Below are positions 9,648 through 19,134 of a stretch of 64,000 nucleotides of DNA, in pieces. Made by a program: the position numbers and the translations under genes. The stretch is from assembly GCA_023138975.1 (NCBI GenBank), contig JAGLON010000018.1, forward strand, positions 160,381-224,380, written 5' to 3'. The notes beneath the pieces were generated by a model that was given only the letters and a program-made list of their open reading frames with translations, did not search any database and was not told where the DNA came from. The stretch is from Candidatus Zixiibacteriota bacterium. Lineage in GTDB: Bacteria; Zixibacteria; MSB-5A5; GN15; JAAZOE01. Each line of letters opens with the position of its first letter. Position 1 is the first letter of the stretch.

Positions 9648-9827
9648 GAGAACTTTCATTCTCGCCACATCTCGCAAATACTTCATAACCCCTTGCCGCA
9701 CAACAAGACATTTTTCTTAGTCGTTGGGTTTTGACCAAGCCAACTGCCCAGTATGGGATTAATTCTATACTTTTTTATTTGTAAACTGCCTGTACCGTTG
9801 CAAATTGCCATGAATATCTTCTGCCTA

Positions 9828-11213
9828 TTATTTATCTTTTTTATTTGAATTTAAGCCGGATTTGTATTTTTCCAGCTTACGATATAGCGTAGAGGTATCT
9901 ATTCCTAACGTGCGGGCTGCTTTTGACTTATTTCCCTCCGACTGATCCAAGACCCAATGGATATAAGCCTTTTCTATAAATTCAAGGGAGGGTGTTTTGT
10001 GATCGGTCGGTCCGACAAGGCTATCACTTTTGCCTTTAATAATTATATCCGGGAATGCATCCGATTCCAATTTCGTACCCTTATTGAGTAAAACAGCACG
10101 TTCAATCGTGTTTTCCAATTCACGTACATTGCCGGGCCAACTATATGCGGCGAGCATATTATAAATCTCCGGCTGAATAACCTTCGTTCCCAGATTATGA
10201 CGGCGACAGAACTTCTCGACAAAATGATCAATAAGTATCGGTATGTCATCTGTCCTGTCCCTCAACGGGTCAATTACAATCGGAATGACATTTAGGCGGT
10301 AGAATAAATCAGCGCGAAAGCGCCCCTCCTGAACTTCCTGCTCCAAATTTGCATTAGTAGCAGTAATCAACCGGACATCAATGTCAATGGGCTGAGTCTC
10401 ACCGATAGGAGTTATTCTCTTTTCCTCAATAACACGCAAAAGCTTCACCTGAATCGACGGAGACGTATCACCGATTTCATCGAGGAAAAAAGTCCCTCCA
10501 TCGGCCGCCTTAAAATGTCCATCTTTCGAACTTATCGCTCCGGTAAAAGCGCCTTTGCCATGACCGAACAACTCAGATTCTAATAATGTTTCAGGAATAG
10601 CGGCACAGTTGATACTGACCAAACGGCCGTCGTTACGATCGGAAAGCGTATGAATAGCCCGGGCCACCAAATCTTTTCCTGTACCTGATTCGCCGCGAAT
10701 TAGAATAGTGGAATCAGCTTTGGCCACCTGGCGAATCATTTCTTTAAGCTTCATAATAGACTCGGAGACCCCGATAATACTATCGAGCCCCTGAACCTGA
10801 GCCAATTGTTTCCGCAGAGTTATATTTTCACCAATGATTCGGTTATGAGATAAGACCTTATCAATCGTCAGTTTAATTTCATCGATTTTGAACGGCTTGG
10901 TGACGTAATCAGCAGCGCCAATTTTCATTGCCTCAATTGCAGATTCGACCGAAGCGAACGCCGTCATGACAATAAAGTCCTGCTCGGTTTTACGCTTTTT
11001 TACCTGGCCCAGAAGTTCAAGACCGGACATTTCCGGCATCATCATATCCGTAATTACCAGATCATAAGAACCGTTGCAGATTCGGTCAACTGCCTGCCGG
11101 CCGTCAGTGCTGGTTTCGACTTCATACCCCTCCTTTTGGAGCATGATAGCCATGAAATTACACATTGACTCTTCGTCATCTACTATGAAAATTCTACGCG
11201 TCATGTTACCCAA
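9828..11213 (-). CDS. sigma-54-dependent response regulator (REC + AAA+ + Fis-type HTH; NtrC/PilR-like)
   Basis: IFIVDDEESM...DLVITDMMMP (REC), GESGTGKD (Walker A), GAFTGA loop, ELFGH, C-terminal AARTLGIDTSTLYRKL. Confidence 0.9.
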   Translation of the reverse strand: MGNMTRRIFIVDDEESMCNFMAIMLQKEGYEVETSTDGRQAVDRICNGSYDLVITDMMMPEMSGLELLGQVKKRKTEQDFIVMTAFASVESAIEAMKIGAADYVTKPFKIDEIKLTIDKVLSHNRIIGENITLRKQLAQVQGLDSIIGVSESIMKLKEMIRQVAKADSTILIRGESGTGKDLVARAIHTLSDRNDGRLVSINCAAIPETLLESELFGHGKGAFTGAISSKDGHFKAADGGTFFLDEIGDTSPSIQVKLLRVIEEKRITPIGETQPIDIDVRLITATNANLEQEVQEGRFRADLFYRLNVIPIVIDPLRDRTDDIPILIDHFVEKFCRRHNLGTKVIQPEIYNMLAAYSWPGNVRELENTIERAVLLNKGTKLESDAFPDIIIKGKSDSLVGPTDHKTPSLEFIEKAYIHWVLDQSEGNKSKAARTLGIDTSTLYRKLEKYKSGLNSNKKDK

Positions 11214-11504
11214 CTTGATTCAGAGTCCTTTACAGCTTTACTTTCTTTACAGGGAATCGGCAACATGCACCTCCCCTAAACCGGGTAATTGCAATTTGCA
11301 ATATATTTCAACAGCTATGCGAAGGTGGCTATTGCATTACGGGGCAAAAGATTAACAAGACAGAGTAAGTAACCCTGTGGATCCATCGTGTTTCTGAAGT
11401 TAATTGTCCAATTATTACACAGTGTTTTCGGTAAGGATGACGTTTTTTCTTTGCAAGATTGATATTTTATAGTAATATTTCTGATTGACTGAAGGGATAG
11501 TATT

Positions 11505-11960
11505 ATGATAAATCATAGTCTGTTAGACGAGCTAAAATCTGTTTCTATTAGCAATTCATCCCGTGATGAATATCTGTTAAATACAGCAGAATTAATTCAA
11601 AAGCACTTTCCAGTCTATATTTGGATTGGCTATTACTTCTTAAAAGGTGATAAACTGCATGTCGGCCCCTATGTCGGTAAACCGACTCCTCATACAGTTA
11701 TAGACCTTCATAAAGGAATCTGCGGAGCCGCCGTAAGCCAAAAAGCTACCATTATAGTAGATGACGTCAACGCTGACCCTCGTTATTTGGCTTGCTCCCT
11801 TGAAACCAAATCGGAAATTGTAATTCCGCTGATTGTAAACGGCCGGATTATCGGCGAGCTCGATATTGATTCGGATAAAAAAGCAGCCTTTTCTGAAGAT
11901 GATAAGTTGATACTTGAGGCGGCGGTAGAAATTATTGGCCAAGCTTTGGCCAAAACATAG
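11505..11960 (+). CDS. msrC: single-GAF-domain protein of the free methionine-(R)-sulfoxide reductase type
   Basis: 151 aa with WIGYYFLKGDKLHVGPYVGKP...KGICGAAV...VDDVNADPRYLACSLETKSEIVIPL...IGELDIDS, the YebR/fRMsr pattern. Confidence 0.7.
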   Translation: MINHSLLDELKSVSISNSSRDEYLLNTAELIQKHFPVYIWIGYYFLKGDKLHVGPYVGKPTPHTVIDLHKGICGAAVSQKATIIVDDVNADPRYLACSLETKSEIVIPLIVNGRIIGELDIDSDKKAAFSEDDKLILEAAVEIIGQALAKT

Positions 11961-11964
11961 CCGT

Positions 11965-14127
11965 TTATTCCCGGCTTAACACCCCGCTGGTCAATGCGTT
12001 GATACGATTTTTAACTTTATTTATAATCGCCGGAGGTTTTTCTCCAGGATAATCTAAAACTGATTGGTAGCTGCTAATTGCGTTTTCTCCATACCCCGGC
12101 ATCTTTTCATAAATGACTGCCTTATTATAATGAAGCAACGGATTATTAGGCTCAATAGTTATCAGACTATCAAAAGATTCAATAGCCTGAATATAATCGC
12201 GCCGCCTTATGGCAATCTCAGAAGTCACCAAAAATAAATTGTAGCGGGCGACTTCATAGTCAGGACTGATCTTGATTGCTCTCTCCAATGCCTGACTGGC
12301 TTCATTCAGTTTTCCTAACTGCCGATTCAACATACCAAGAGTGACATAAATTTCGCGTGAAATATATGAAGGCTGGTCATCCTTTTCGGACATTTCAATC
12401 CAATAATAGCTTTCATTCGTTATGTCCCTGTTTATGAAAAATTGCGCTATCGCTAACTTTGTCATGACATCATCAATCGAAGTCTCTAATTGACGAAAAG
12501 AACGAAGAGCATCATTTAGCCGCATATCCCGAGTTGTAATAAAATTATCGATTCTATTTAAAGCGTATTCAATATAAACCTGCTGCAGTTTATAATCGTC
12601 GGTATCGAAATTATATCTGGCCAGGTCATACTCTGTCTCGCTAAGAAAATCATTATTATACTCAGGGTTACTAACAATATGCCCGGGGACATCTATTAGA
12701 CCTCGAGAGACATAACTGGCTGCAGGTTGTTCACTTTCCGGATGAATTAAAAACTCTCGCCCCCAACAGACGACATTGTTTTGTTTTAATTTACTAATGG
12801 CTTCGCTGAAACTCTTAGCACCTGTATTATTGAGCAGTCTCGTTAACGTTCCATTAGTTGTGTAAAGTCGAATATCGGATCTATAGTTTTCACAGTACCT
12901 CATATACAGAGCTGAATGGGCGGCATTATCCGACCGTAGTAATAAAACCGCGTTTTGGGGGACGGCATCAAGGATATCCCTGGCGTAAACCTCGCCTGTA
13001 ATTTCCGACGACAAATCACAACGGGAATAGTTGGTGAGAATCGGGACGGCTACGAGGATAACAATCACTACATTTATTATGACGGGATATTTTTTTAATA
13101 TAGTCCGCTGCACTCGCTTTAACAACTGATGCAACCCGATTATCAGAGCAATAACTAACGGAATAATATACCCCTCATAGTCCGGAATTCGATAACAGCA
13201 GACTATTATTCCGCTGACAAAGGCAGGAATAGAAAACAGTACAAATAAGCGGATATTACGCCTAAAACCAATTATCAATCCAAGGAAACCAATTATGAGA
13301 ATACCCGGTCCGCTATACCAGAATAATTCTATTATTGTTCGTTTGAGGAATAATAGTAAATCGAAGAAAGTGGGCGTATAAACAAACTGCTGATAAATTG
13401 TCGCATTGATACTCTGCCAGAGTGATTTTAAGGAATTATCTGCCATCCAATTAATTGGCAGTGAGTTATCAAAACGAAACAAAAGGAAACCGTAAAGGAA
13501 TAAAGGCATAACAAATAATGCTATCGCGACTCCGGCTTTACGCAAAATGATAGTTTCGGTTTTTGACTTGATTATTATTGCCAGAACGGCTGACAAAATA
13601 ACCACTCCCCCGGAGAAATGATGCGTCAGCAGCAACCCGCATAAAATTGCAATCGAATAGAGACGTTTCATTGAAGCATGCTGATAATACAGAACGATTG
13701 CATATAAAGCGGAAAGATACAACATCGCTCCAAAAGTATAGACTTCAGCAAACACCGCATGCATCCAAACCGGATAGGAAAAGGCAAAAACCAATGCCAG
13801 AGACATATTCATTGAGGTTGAGAGTTTTCTTGAGGATAAGCTGGCTAGTAATCGATACATAATGGCTGCGGAACAGGCGGCGGCAAAGGCTGAAAAAAGA
13901 TTAGCCGCATATGCCGGTCGAAGAAAGAAAAACAGCTTTACCCATAGATAGCCCAGGATAGTATACAACGGATACCCGGGTGGATGGGCAATCCCACCCG
14001 TAGTTAAAATCGTAGTAAGTTCTCCGGCATCACCCACAAATACTGTGCGGCAACAAGTGATAACGTAAACTGTCAGCGCGATAATAAAAATTACAATGGT
14101 GTCAGTTTTGTGCGCTCCGTTAATCAT
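11965..14127 (-). CDS. DUF2723-type GT-C membrane glycosyltransferase with C-terminal TPR repeats (second paralogue)
   Basis: VFVGDAGELTTILTTGGIAHPPGYPLYTILGYLW signature, many TM helices, C-terminal TPRs. Start taken at MINGAHK (14127); the ORF-track start at 14160 is also possible. Confidence 0.8.
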   Translation of the reverse strand: MINGAHKTDTIVIFIIALTVYVITCCRTVFVGDAGELTTILTTGGIAHPPGYPLYTILGYLWVKLFFFLRPAYAANLFSAFAAACSAAIMYRLLASLSSRKLSTSMNMSLALVFAFSYPVWMHAVFAEVYTFGAMLYLSALYAIVLYYQHASMKRLYSIAILCGLLLTHHFSGGVVILSAVLAIIIKSKTETIILRKAGVAIALFVMPLFLYGFLLFRFDNSLPINWMADNSLKSLWQSINATIYQQFVYTPTFFDLLLFLKRTIIELFWYSGPGILIIGFLGLIIGFRRNIRLFVLFSIPAFVSGIIVCCYRIPDYEGYIIPLVIALIIGLHQLLKRVQRTILKKYPVIINVVIVILVAVPILTNYSRCDLSSEITGEVYARDILDAVPQNAVLLLRSDNAAHSALYMRYCENYRSDIRLYTTNGTLTRLLNNTGAKSFSEAISKLKQNNVVCWGREFLIHPESEQPAASYVSRGLIDVPGHIVSNPEYNNDFLSETEYDLARYNFDTDDYKLQQVYIEYALNRIDNFITTRDMRLNDALRSFRQLETSIDDVMTKLAIAQFFINRDITNESYYWIEMSEKDDQPSYISREIYVTLGMLNRQLGKLNEASQALERAIKISPDYEVARYNLFLVTSEIAIRRRDYIQAIESFDSLITIEPNNPLLHYNKAVIYEKMPGYGENAISSYQSVLDYPGEKPPAIINKVKNRINALTSGVLSRE

Positions 14128-14313
14128 ACTCAGCCCCTTTCGAGTATGAAGGCAGTGCATACATATGTGTTACAACCCGTTAGCCCAAATATAATACAAT
14201 ATGCAATAATCGCAACCGCTAATTTGCGGCTGAATCATTCTAGAATGAGTTAAGAATACTATTGTCAGAACAGTTAAATACTGTTTATTTGTACTGTATC
14301 ATCGGAGGTGTCA

Positions 14314-14475
14314 ATGTTCTTAGGTATTGTTTTAGTTTTAGTTGGTAGTATCTGGCTGTTAAATGAATTCGGGATAATCTATTGGAACAACTGGGGGAAA
14401 CTCTGGCCGGTAATAGTTATCGCCCTGGGTGCGAAAATGATTTTCAATAGTAAAAAAACGGATTCGACAGACTAA
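14314..14475 (+). CDS. small (53 aa) two-helix membrane protein
   Basis: Below the ORF-track cutoff. GGAGGTG RBS at 14304-14310, ATG at 14314. MFLGIVLVLVGSIWLLNEFGIIYWNNWGKLWPVIVIALGAKMIFNSKKTDSTD. Followed directly by a terminator. Confidence 0.5.
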   Translation: MFLGIVLVLVGSIWLLNEFGIIYWNNWGKLWPVIVIALGAKMIFNSKKTDSTD

Positions 14476-14477
14476 AT

Positions 14478-14499
14478 AAACCGGACGATTGTCCGGTTT
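14478..14499. terminator. bidirectional rho-independent terminator between convergent genes
   Basis: aaaccggac-gatt-gtccggttt hairpin with A/T runs on both sides. Confidence 0.7.
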
Positions 14500-14518
14500 A
14501 TTTCGAGTTATTACAATT

Positions 14519-15073
14519 TCACTTTTTTGTATATACCGCTTTCATAGTGGAAAACCATGTCTTGCCGCCATCAATTGACATTTCCATTAACCAGTCAAAT
14601 GATTTCTCCGTTAAACTTGAAATAGTCATTCGGGAAAGATATGCTTTTCCCATGTAGAGTTCTTCACCCTGAACAACAAATTTACCATCCACCATATTGC
14701 CTTCATATATACTCAATTGGGCAAACATATTATCTAACCAAGTCACCTGCCACTTTTTTAACTCTCGATTGTAACACATGGTGCTCTCACCAACAAAAGG
14801 CATCCCCATCATTTCGCCTTTATAGTTCTGACGAATGGCTGCGCCATTGAGAATATAGTCATAAGAACCGCTTGATTTCATGTCTTGCCAGGGCTGACTT
14901 GGATCCTGACGCATTTTCATATCAACATCCCAGGCTCCAATAAGATACTTGAGTTCTTTTAATTCAACGGGCGGCCCCATCGGCGGCATACTTTCTTCCG
15001 TTTTCGTCGAATCGACAGCAAAAACCGGAACAATGAGAACTAATAGAATAATTGTCAAAAACAGATGCTTCAT
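14519..15073 (-). CDS. secreted DUF1579-like protein
   Basis: Signal peptide MKHLFLTIILLVLIVPVFA. GAWDVDMKM...NGAAIRQNYKGEMMGMPFVGESTMCYN...WQVTWLDNM pattern. Confidence 0.65.
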   Translation of the reverse strand: MKHLFLTIILLVLIVPVFAVDSTKTEESMPPMGPPVELKELKYLIGAWDVDMKMRQDPSQPWQDMKSSGSYDYILNGAAIRQNYKGEMMGMPFVGESTMCYNRELKKWQVTWLDNMFAQLSIYEGNMVDGKFVVQGEELYMGKAYLSRMTISSLTEKSFDWLMEMSIDGGKTWFSTMKAVYTKK

Positions 15074-15194
15074 TACTTCCTCCTTAATTATCCATCACTA
15101 TACTTTGAGCTATCCAAAAATTCATTACATGCCAAGTATACGTGTAAAGCTGGTTATGGAAATAACAAATTAACAGGAAGTGAAGTTTGTGATA

Positions 15195-15716
15195 TTATTC
15201 CAGATTCAGTTTTTTAATAATTCGGCTTACTTCAGCCAGGTGGTGATCGTCATGTTCGGCCATAAAAAAAGCAGAATCTATTACTCTCATTGTTTGATCC
15301 AGACGGGGATGCCTGGCCGTCGCCTGTTTCTGCTTGGGCGTCAATGTTTCAATTTGTCTGATGAGTTTATCTCGTGAGCTTCGAAATTCTTTTAACAAAT
15401 ACTCAATTGAAGTATTATTATGATTGGCTTCATGAGTCTTTTTATTGGTAAGTTCTGCCGGTCGCAACCGTTCCCGTCCGGCAATGAAATCCTCTATCCG
15501 ACCGTACCAGAGCGGTTCCAGATCCCACAGGTGTCCAACATTTTCCTGAATAGACCAGCAGTCATTGACTCGTTCAATAAGTTTGTCCTGAGGTACTTCG
15601 CGAATTCGCTCTCCGATTCGGATCGGTGTTCCCCGCAACCGTTCGACAACCATAGGAAACATCTCTATCGGCATTTCAAAGTTGAATGTCCTATCGAACC
15701 ACAGGATAGATTTCAT
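15195..15716 (-). CDS. DinB-family (four-helix bundle, metal-binding) protein
   Basis: VGHLWDLE and AEHDDHHLAEV His-rich motifs; 173 aa. Confidence 0.75.
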   Translation of the reverse strand: MKSILWFDRTFNFEMPIEMFPMVVERLRGTPIRIGERIREVPQDKLIERVNDCWSIQENVGHLWDLEPLWYGRIEDFIAGRERLRPAELTNKKTHEANHNNTSIEYLLKEFRSSRDKLIRQIETLTPKQKQATARHPRLDQTMRVIDSAFFMAEHDDHHLAEVSRIIKKLNLE

Positions 15717-15737
15717 AATTTACTCCGTCAGATTAAG

Positions 15738-16424
15738 CTATAAAACCTTAAAAATATATGACAGGCAGTAATAAATACCTACAATAATGAATACGACACC
15801 GGTGATCCTCCGAGCCCAGTATTCTACTTTACTCAGAAGATCATACGCCCGACCGATTTTTTGAGCGCTAAAGGCGATGATGAACGCGAAAATCATGACC
15901 GGTACAGCCGTCCCGATACCATAAATAACCGGTAATGCAATCGGGTCATTGTATTGAAGAGATAATGAGATCAAGCTACCGAAAAACAAAGCCGCTGATA
16001 CCGGACAAAATGATAAGGCGAATAAAAAACCAAGTAAAATGGCTGTCCACTTGCCGCCGGATTCTGCTCTTTTCTGAAGCTTTTCGCTCACGCCCCGGCC
16101 TTTGGTTCCGAAGGCTATCATCTCCAAAAGAAACATCCCCACAATTATTAAAATCGGCCCCAGCGCTTGATTCATATATTTCTGAAGAGATAGTGAGATA
16201 TCCTTAACAGTAAGCAGACTGGTAACCAAAATAGCGGCCAAAATCAGGTAGGCCAGAGTTCGTCCCAGAGTGTAAAGAAGCCCCGTCAACAAAACCTGTC
16301 TGGCAGTCTTCACCCGCTTGCCTATAAATGATATCGCGGCAATATTCGCCGCCAGCGGACAGGGACTTATCGAAGTCAGGATTCCAAGCCAGAGCGCCGT
16401 TCCTATCGCGAGAATAAATTCCAT
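15738..16424 (-). CDS. CcdA/DsbD-like thiol-disulfide transfer membrane protein (ArsG-family-like)
   Basis: Six TM helices. SISPCPLAANIAA and SFCPVSAALF Cys-Pro motifs in TM1 and TM4. Confidence 0.8.
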   Translation of the reverse strand: MEFILAIGTALWLGILTSISPCPLAANIAAISFIGKRVKTARQVLLTGLLYTLGRTLAYLILAAILVTSLLTVKDISLSLQKYMNQALGPILIIVGMFLLEMIAFGTKGRGVSEKLQKRAESGGKWTAILLGFLFALSFCPVSAALFFGSLISLSLQYNDPIALPVIYGIGTAVPVMIFAFIIAFSAQKIGRAYDLLSKVEYWARRITGVVFIIVGIYYCLSYIFKVL

Positions 16425-16891
16425 TAATTGCGCTCCAAATAGGCAGCGATTCCCGCTTGGACATAATCAGTAAACTGCTCCTCATCCCACACCAAATCCC
16501 ATATTTTTTCCAGATTACTCCAATTACCATTTTGATTTGGCCGGTTATCCACAATTACAAGCGACTGAACGATTAAATCATACTTTTCAGCAAACTGTAA
16601 ATTCTCCGGTTCCTCAATATTTGCGATCTTCCACCGGAGTTTCCCAGAGGCAATTTCATCGGCAAACTTCTCATGCACCGCAGTATAGGATAGCTTCTCA
16701 ATCTTAGTGCAGGTCGGGCATCTTTTACTGTTATGAAAATAATAAACCGTAATACCATCAAACGAGTCGGCGGCAATCTCGACAACAGAAACCGGCTCAG
16801 TCGATTTTAGCACATTATTATAAACAAAATGAGACACGCTCACGACGACAAAAAGAGCCAAAACCACGGTGTAGATTGTTTTGCTTTTCAT
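16424..16891 (-). CDS. membrane-anchored thioredoxin-fold protein with CPTC motif
   Basis: N-terminal anchor helix and YFHNSKRCPTCTKIE. Stop/start overlap with the CcdA-like gene. Confidence 0.7.
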   Translation of the reverse strand: MKSKTIYTVVLALFVVVSVSHFVYNNVLKSTEPVSVVEIAADSFDGITVYYFHNSKRCPTCTKIEKLSYTAVHEKFADEIASGKLRWKIANIEEPENLQFAEKYDLIVQSLVIVDNRPNQNGNWSNLEKIWDLVWDEEQFTDYVQAGIAAYLERN

Positions 16892-16908
16892 TCTAACCTC
16901 GATTCAAA

Positions 16909-17142
16909 TTAGCTGATCATTTTTTTGATTTCATCGAGCGATGGTACCGTACCCGAAACTTTAACATCACCGTCAACCACCAGTGCCGGTGTTATCATTA
17001 CACCGTAAGTTGTAATTTGCATGATATCAGTCACTTTTGTAAACACATAATCAAAACCGATTTCATCAGCCGCCTGCTGCGTCAATTCGGCCAGCTTCTG
17101 GCATTTGGCACAACCGGGTCCTAAAACTTCTATTTTCTTCAT
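16909..17142 (-). CDS. small thioredoxin-fold protein (redox-active disulfide protein 2 type)
   Basis: 77 aa, MKKIEVLGPGCAKCQKL (CxxC). Confidence 0.8.
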   Translation of the reverse strand: MKKIEVLGPGCAKCQKLAELTQQAADEIGFDYVFTKVTDIMQITTYGVMITPALVVDGDVKVSGTVPSLDEIKKMIS

Positions 17143-17154
17143 TACTTCTCCCTT

Positions 17155-18453
17155 TTAGAACATAAGCCCATAAACAATACCGCTAATGGTTGACATGATA
17201 ACAACCAAGAAAACATAGACAACTGTTTTTTTCAACCCCATAACGCTCTTTATTACCAGCATATTCGGCAGTGATAACGCAGGACCGGCCAAGAGCAGAG
17301 CCAATGCTGGTCCCTTACCCATGCCGCTGCCGATTAAGCCCTGCAAAATTGGTACTTCGGTCAGTGTCGCAAAATACATAAATGCTCCTGCCACCGATGC
17401 AAACAAATTGGCGGCGATAGAATTACCTCCAACCGCGGCTGCTATCCACTCATTTGGTATAAGACCTTGATGACCGGGTCGTCCCAAAAGTAATCCAGCG
17501 ACCAAAACTCCATAGAACAATAGTGGCATGATTTTCTTGGCAAAATCCCAGCTTTGAGCGAACCACTCCCCGGTTTCATCCTTCGCTGTACCGGTTATTA
17601 CCGATAACCCGATAACAGCTGAAGTGAAAGATAGTGCCGGTGCTTCTGGAAAAAAGCCCCATAGTATTACCGGAGGAATTGCGATAAACAGGATTTTCCA
17701 CCAGACGATTTTAAACCAATTGATAAGAATCAATCCCAGAACCCCTCCCAGGAATGACACAACAATCCATTTATTGGCGTAGATACTCGCCCAGAGACCG
17801 GTTACTTCCTCCGGTTTGCTCCAGGTAGCGAAAATCAAAATTCCTATCATTACAGCAAAATAAATGGCTGTTTGAAGCAGATTTCTTGAAGAATCCTCGT
17901 CTGGAATTACCGCCTCGGCAGCTTTAGCGCTTTCTTCACGGCGATAAATAAATTGCATAATCAGCCCGATTACGATACTGAATATCACGGCTCCAACTGC
18001 GCGGGCGACACCAAGTTCAAAACCCAAAATCCGGGCGGTTAAAATAATAGCCATGATATTGATAGCCGGACCGGAGTACAAAAACGCAACCGCCGGTCCA
18101 AGTCCGGCTCCCATGCGGTAAATACCAGCAAAAAGCGGTAGAATCGTACAGGAACAAACCGCGAGTATTGAACCTGCTACGGAAGCCACAGGATAGGCAA
18201 TATATTTCTTGGCCCGCGGTCCGAGATATTTCATAACCGATGCTTGACCAATAAAAACGCCGATGGCTCCGGCGATGAAAAAAGCCGGTACCAGACACAG
18301 TAAAACATGCTCGCGAGCATACCATTGCGTCAAGTATACCGCTTCAAACAGAGCCGATTGAATTCTATCTAAATCTTTGGGTATAAAGTAGAATATCAAA
18401 AAGACGACGACAATTGCGGTCAGCGGCTTCCATTCTTTCTTCCAGTTGATCAT
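17155..18453 (-). CDS. DUF318/ArsP-like permease
   Basis: 432 aa with about 10 TM helices. Vicinal cysteines in SILAVCSCTILPLF. Confidence 0.75.
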   Translation of the reverse strand: MINWKKEWKPLTAIVVVFLIFYFIPKDLDRIQSALFEAVYLTQWYAREHVLLCLVPAFFIAGAIGVFIGQASVMKYLGPRAKKYIAYPVASVAGSILAVCSCTILPLFAGIYRMGAGLGPAVAFLYSGPAINIMAIILTARILGFELGVARAVGAVIFSIVIGLIMQFIYRREESAKAAEAVIPDEDSSRNLLQTAIYFAVMIGILIFATWSKPEEVTGLWASIYANKWIVVSFLGGVLGLILINWFKIVWWKILFIAIPPVILWGFFPEAPALSFTSAVIGLSVITGTAKDETGEWFAQSWDFAKKIMPLLFYGVLVAGLLLGRPGHQGLIPNEWIAAAVGGNSIAANLFASVAGAFMYFATLTEVPILQGLIGSGMGKGPALALLLAGPALSLPNMLVIKSVMGLKKTVVYVFLVVIMSTISGIVYGLMF

Positions 18454-18462
18454 ATTGAAGCC

Positions 18463-18783
18463 CTATTTTAACATTAACAACTGATTTTTTGCTGAGTTTT
18501 CCAAAACCTGCTCCACACATCCGAAAAAGATCATCACACAGTGCATGTGGAGTGAGTAGTTCACCTGCGTGCCCTTTTTGGCGCTGGTAATAATTCCGGC
18601 GTTTTTAAGGATTGAGAGGTGCTTGGAAACGGTGGACATATCGGCACCGATAATTTTCGTTAATTCCGCCACACACATATCCTGCTGTGAGAGCATATCA
18701 ACGATACAGAGCCGAGTGGGGTGTGCCATAGCCTTAATAACCCGGGCCCGTATTTCATATTTGGTCATATCAATGGTTTTCAT
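18463..18783 (-). CDS. ArsR/SmtB-family metalloregulator
   Basis: HPTRLCIVDMLSQQDMCVAELTKIIGADMSTVSKHLSILKNAGII winged-HTH pattern. Confidence 0.85.
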   Translation of the reverse strand: MKTIDMTKYEIRARVIKAMAHPTRLCIVDMLSQQDMCVAELTKIIGADMSTVSKHLSILKNAGIITSAKKGTQVNYSLHMHCVMIFFGCVEQVLENSAKNQLLMLK

Positions 18784-18804
18784 AGAATACCCTTATTTTC
18801 TTAT

Positions 18805-18820
18805 TTGGCAATATAGCCAA
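18805..18820. promoter_or_regulatory. candidate ArsR operator (inverted repeat TTGGC-N6-GCCAA)
   Basis: ttggcaatatagccaa, 22 nt upstream of the arsR-family ATG. Confidence 0.3.
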
Positions 18821-19134
18821 ACATGCGGCCTACACAAGACTTTTTTATTGATTTTTCTCTTTTCTGACAAATTTTGTCACAAAAAAACAGTTTGAGGGGT
18901 ATTTTTAGGGGCTAATTGACCCACCTTTTAACAATCGGGATAGCGGGTGTCACAATTCCAAAATCCCTGCCTCACCGCAGGGATTTTCCTGTTTCAGGCA
19001 AGAACTCTTGTAGTATTCACATTTCCACGCAATAGAGCGGATTACATTATATTATAAAATCACTTTCAAATTTCTCATTATTCTGCTATCTTATTGGCAT
19101 ACAGAGAACCACTACTTTTCAGGAGGGCTACCTC

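Noticed and set aside
14202-14217. Sigma-54-like sequence (minus strand GGTTGC-gatta-TTGCA) upstream of the second DUF2723 gene
   Set aside because: The GG-to-GC register is 13 nt rather than 12, and the -24 element is poor (GGTTGC).
18960-18987. Strong hairpin aaaatccctgc-ctcacc-gcagggatttt, 150 nt upstream of the 957-aa gene
   Set aside because: No gene ends there on either strand, and the T-runs are short. It could be an attenuator or a lone repeat module (the flanking tttcaggcaa resembles 29397-29406), but I cannot assign it.
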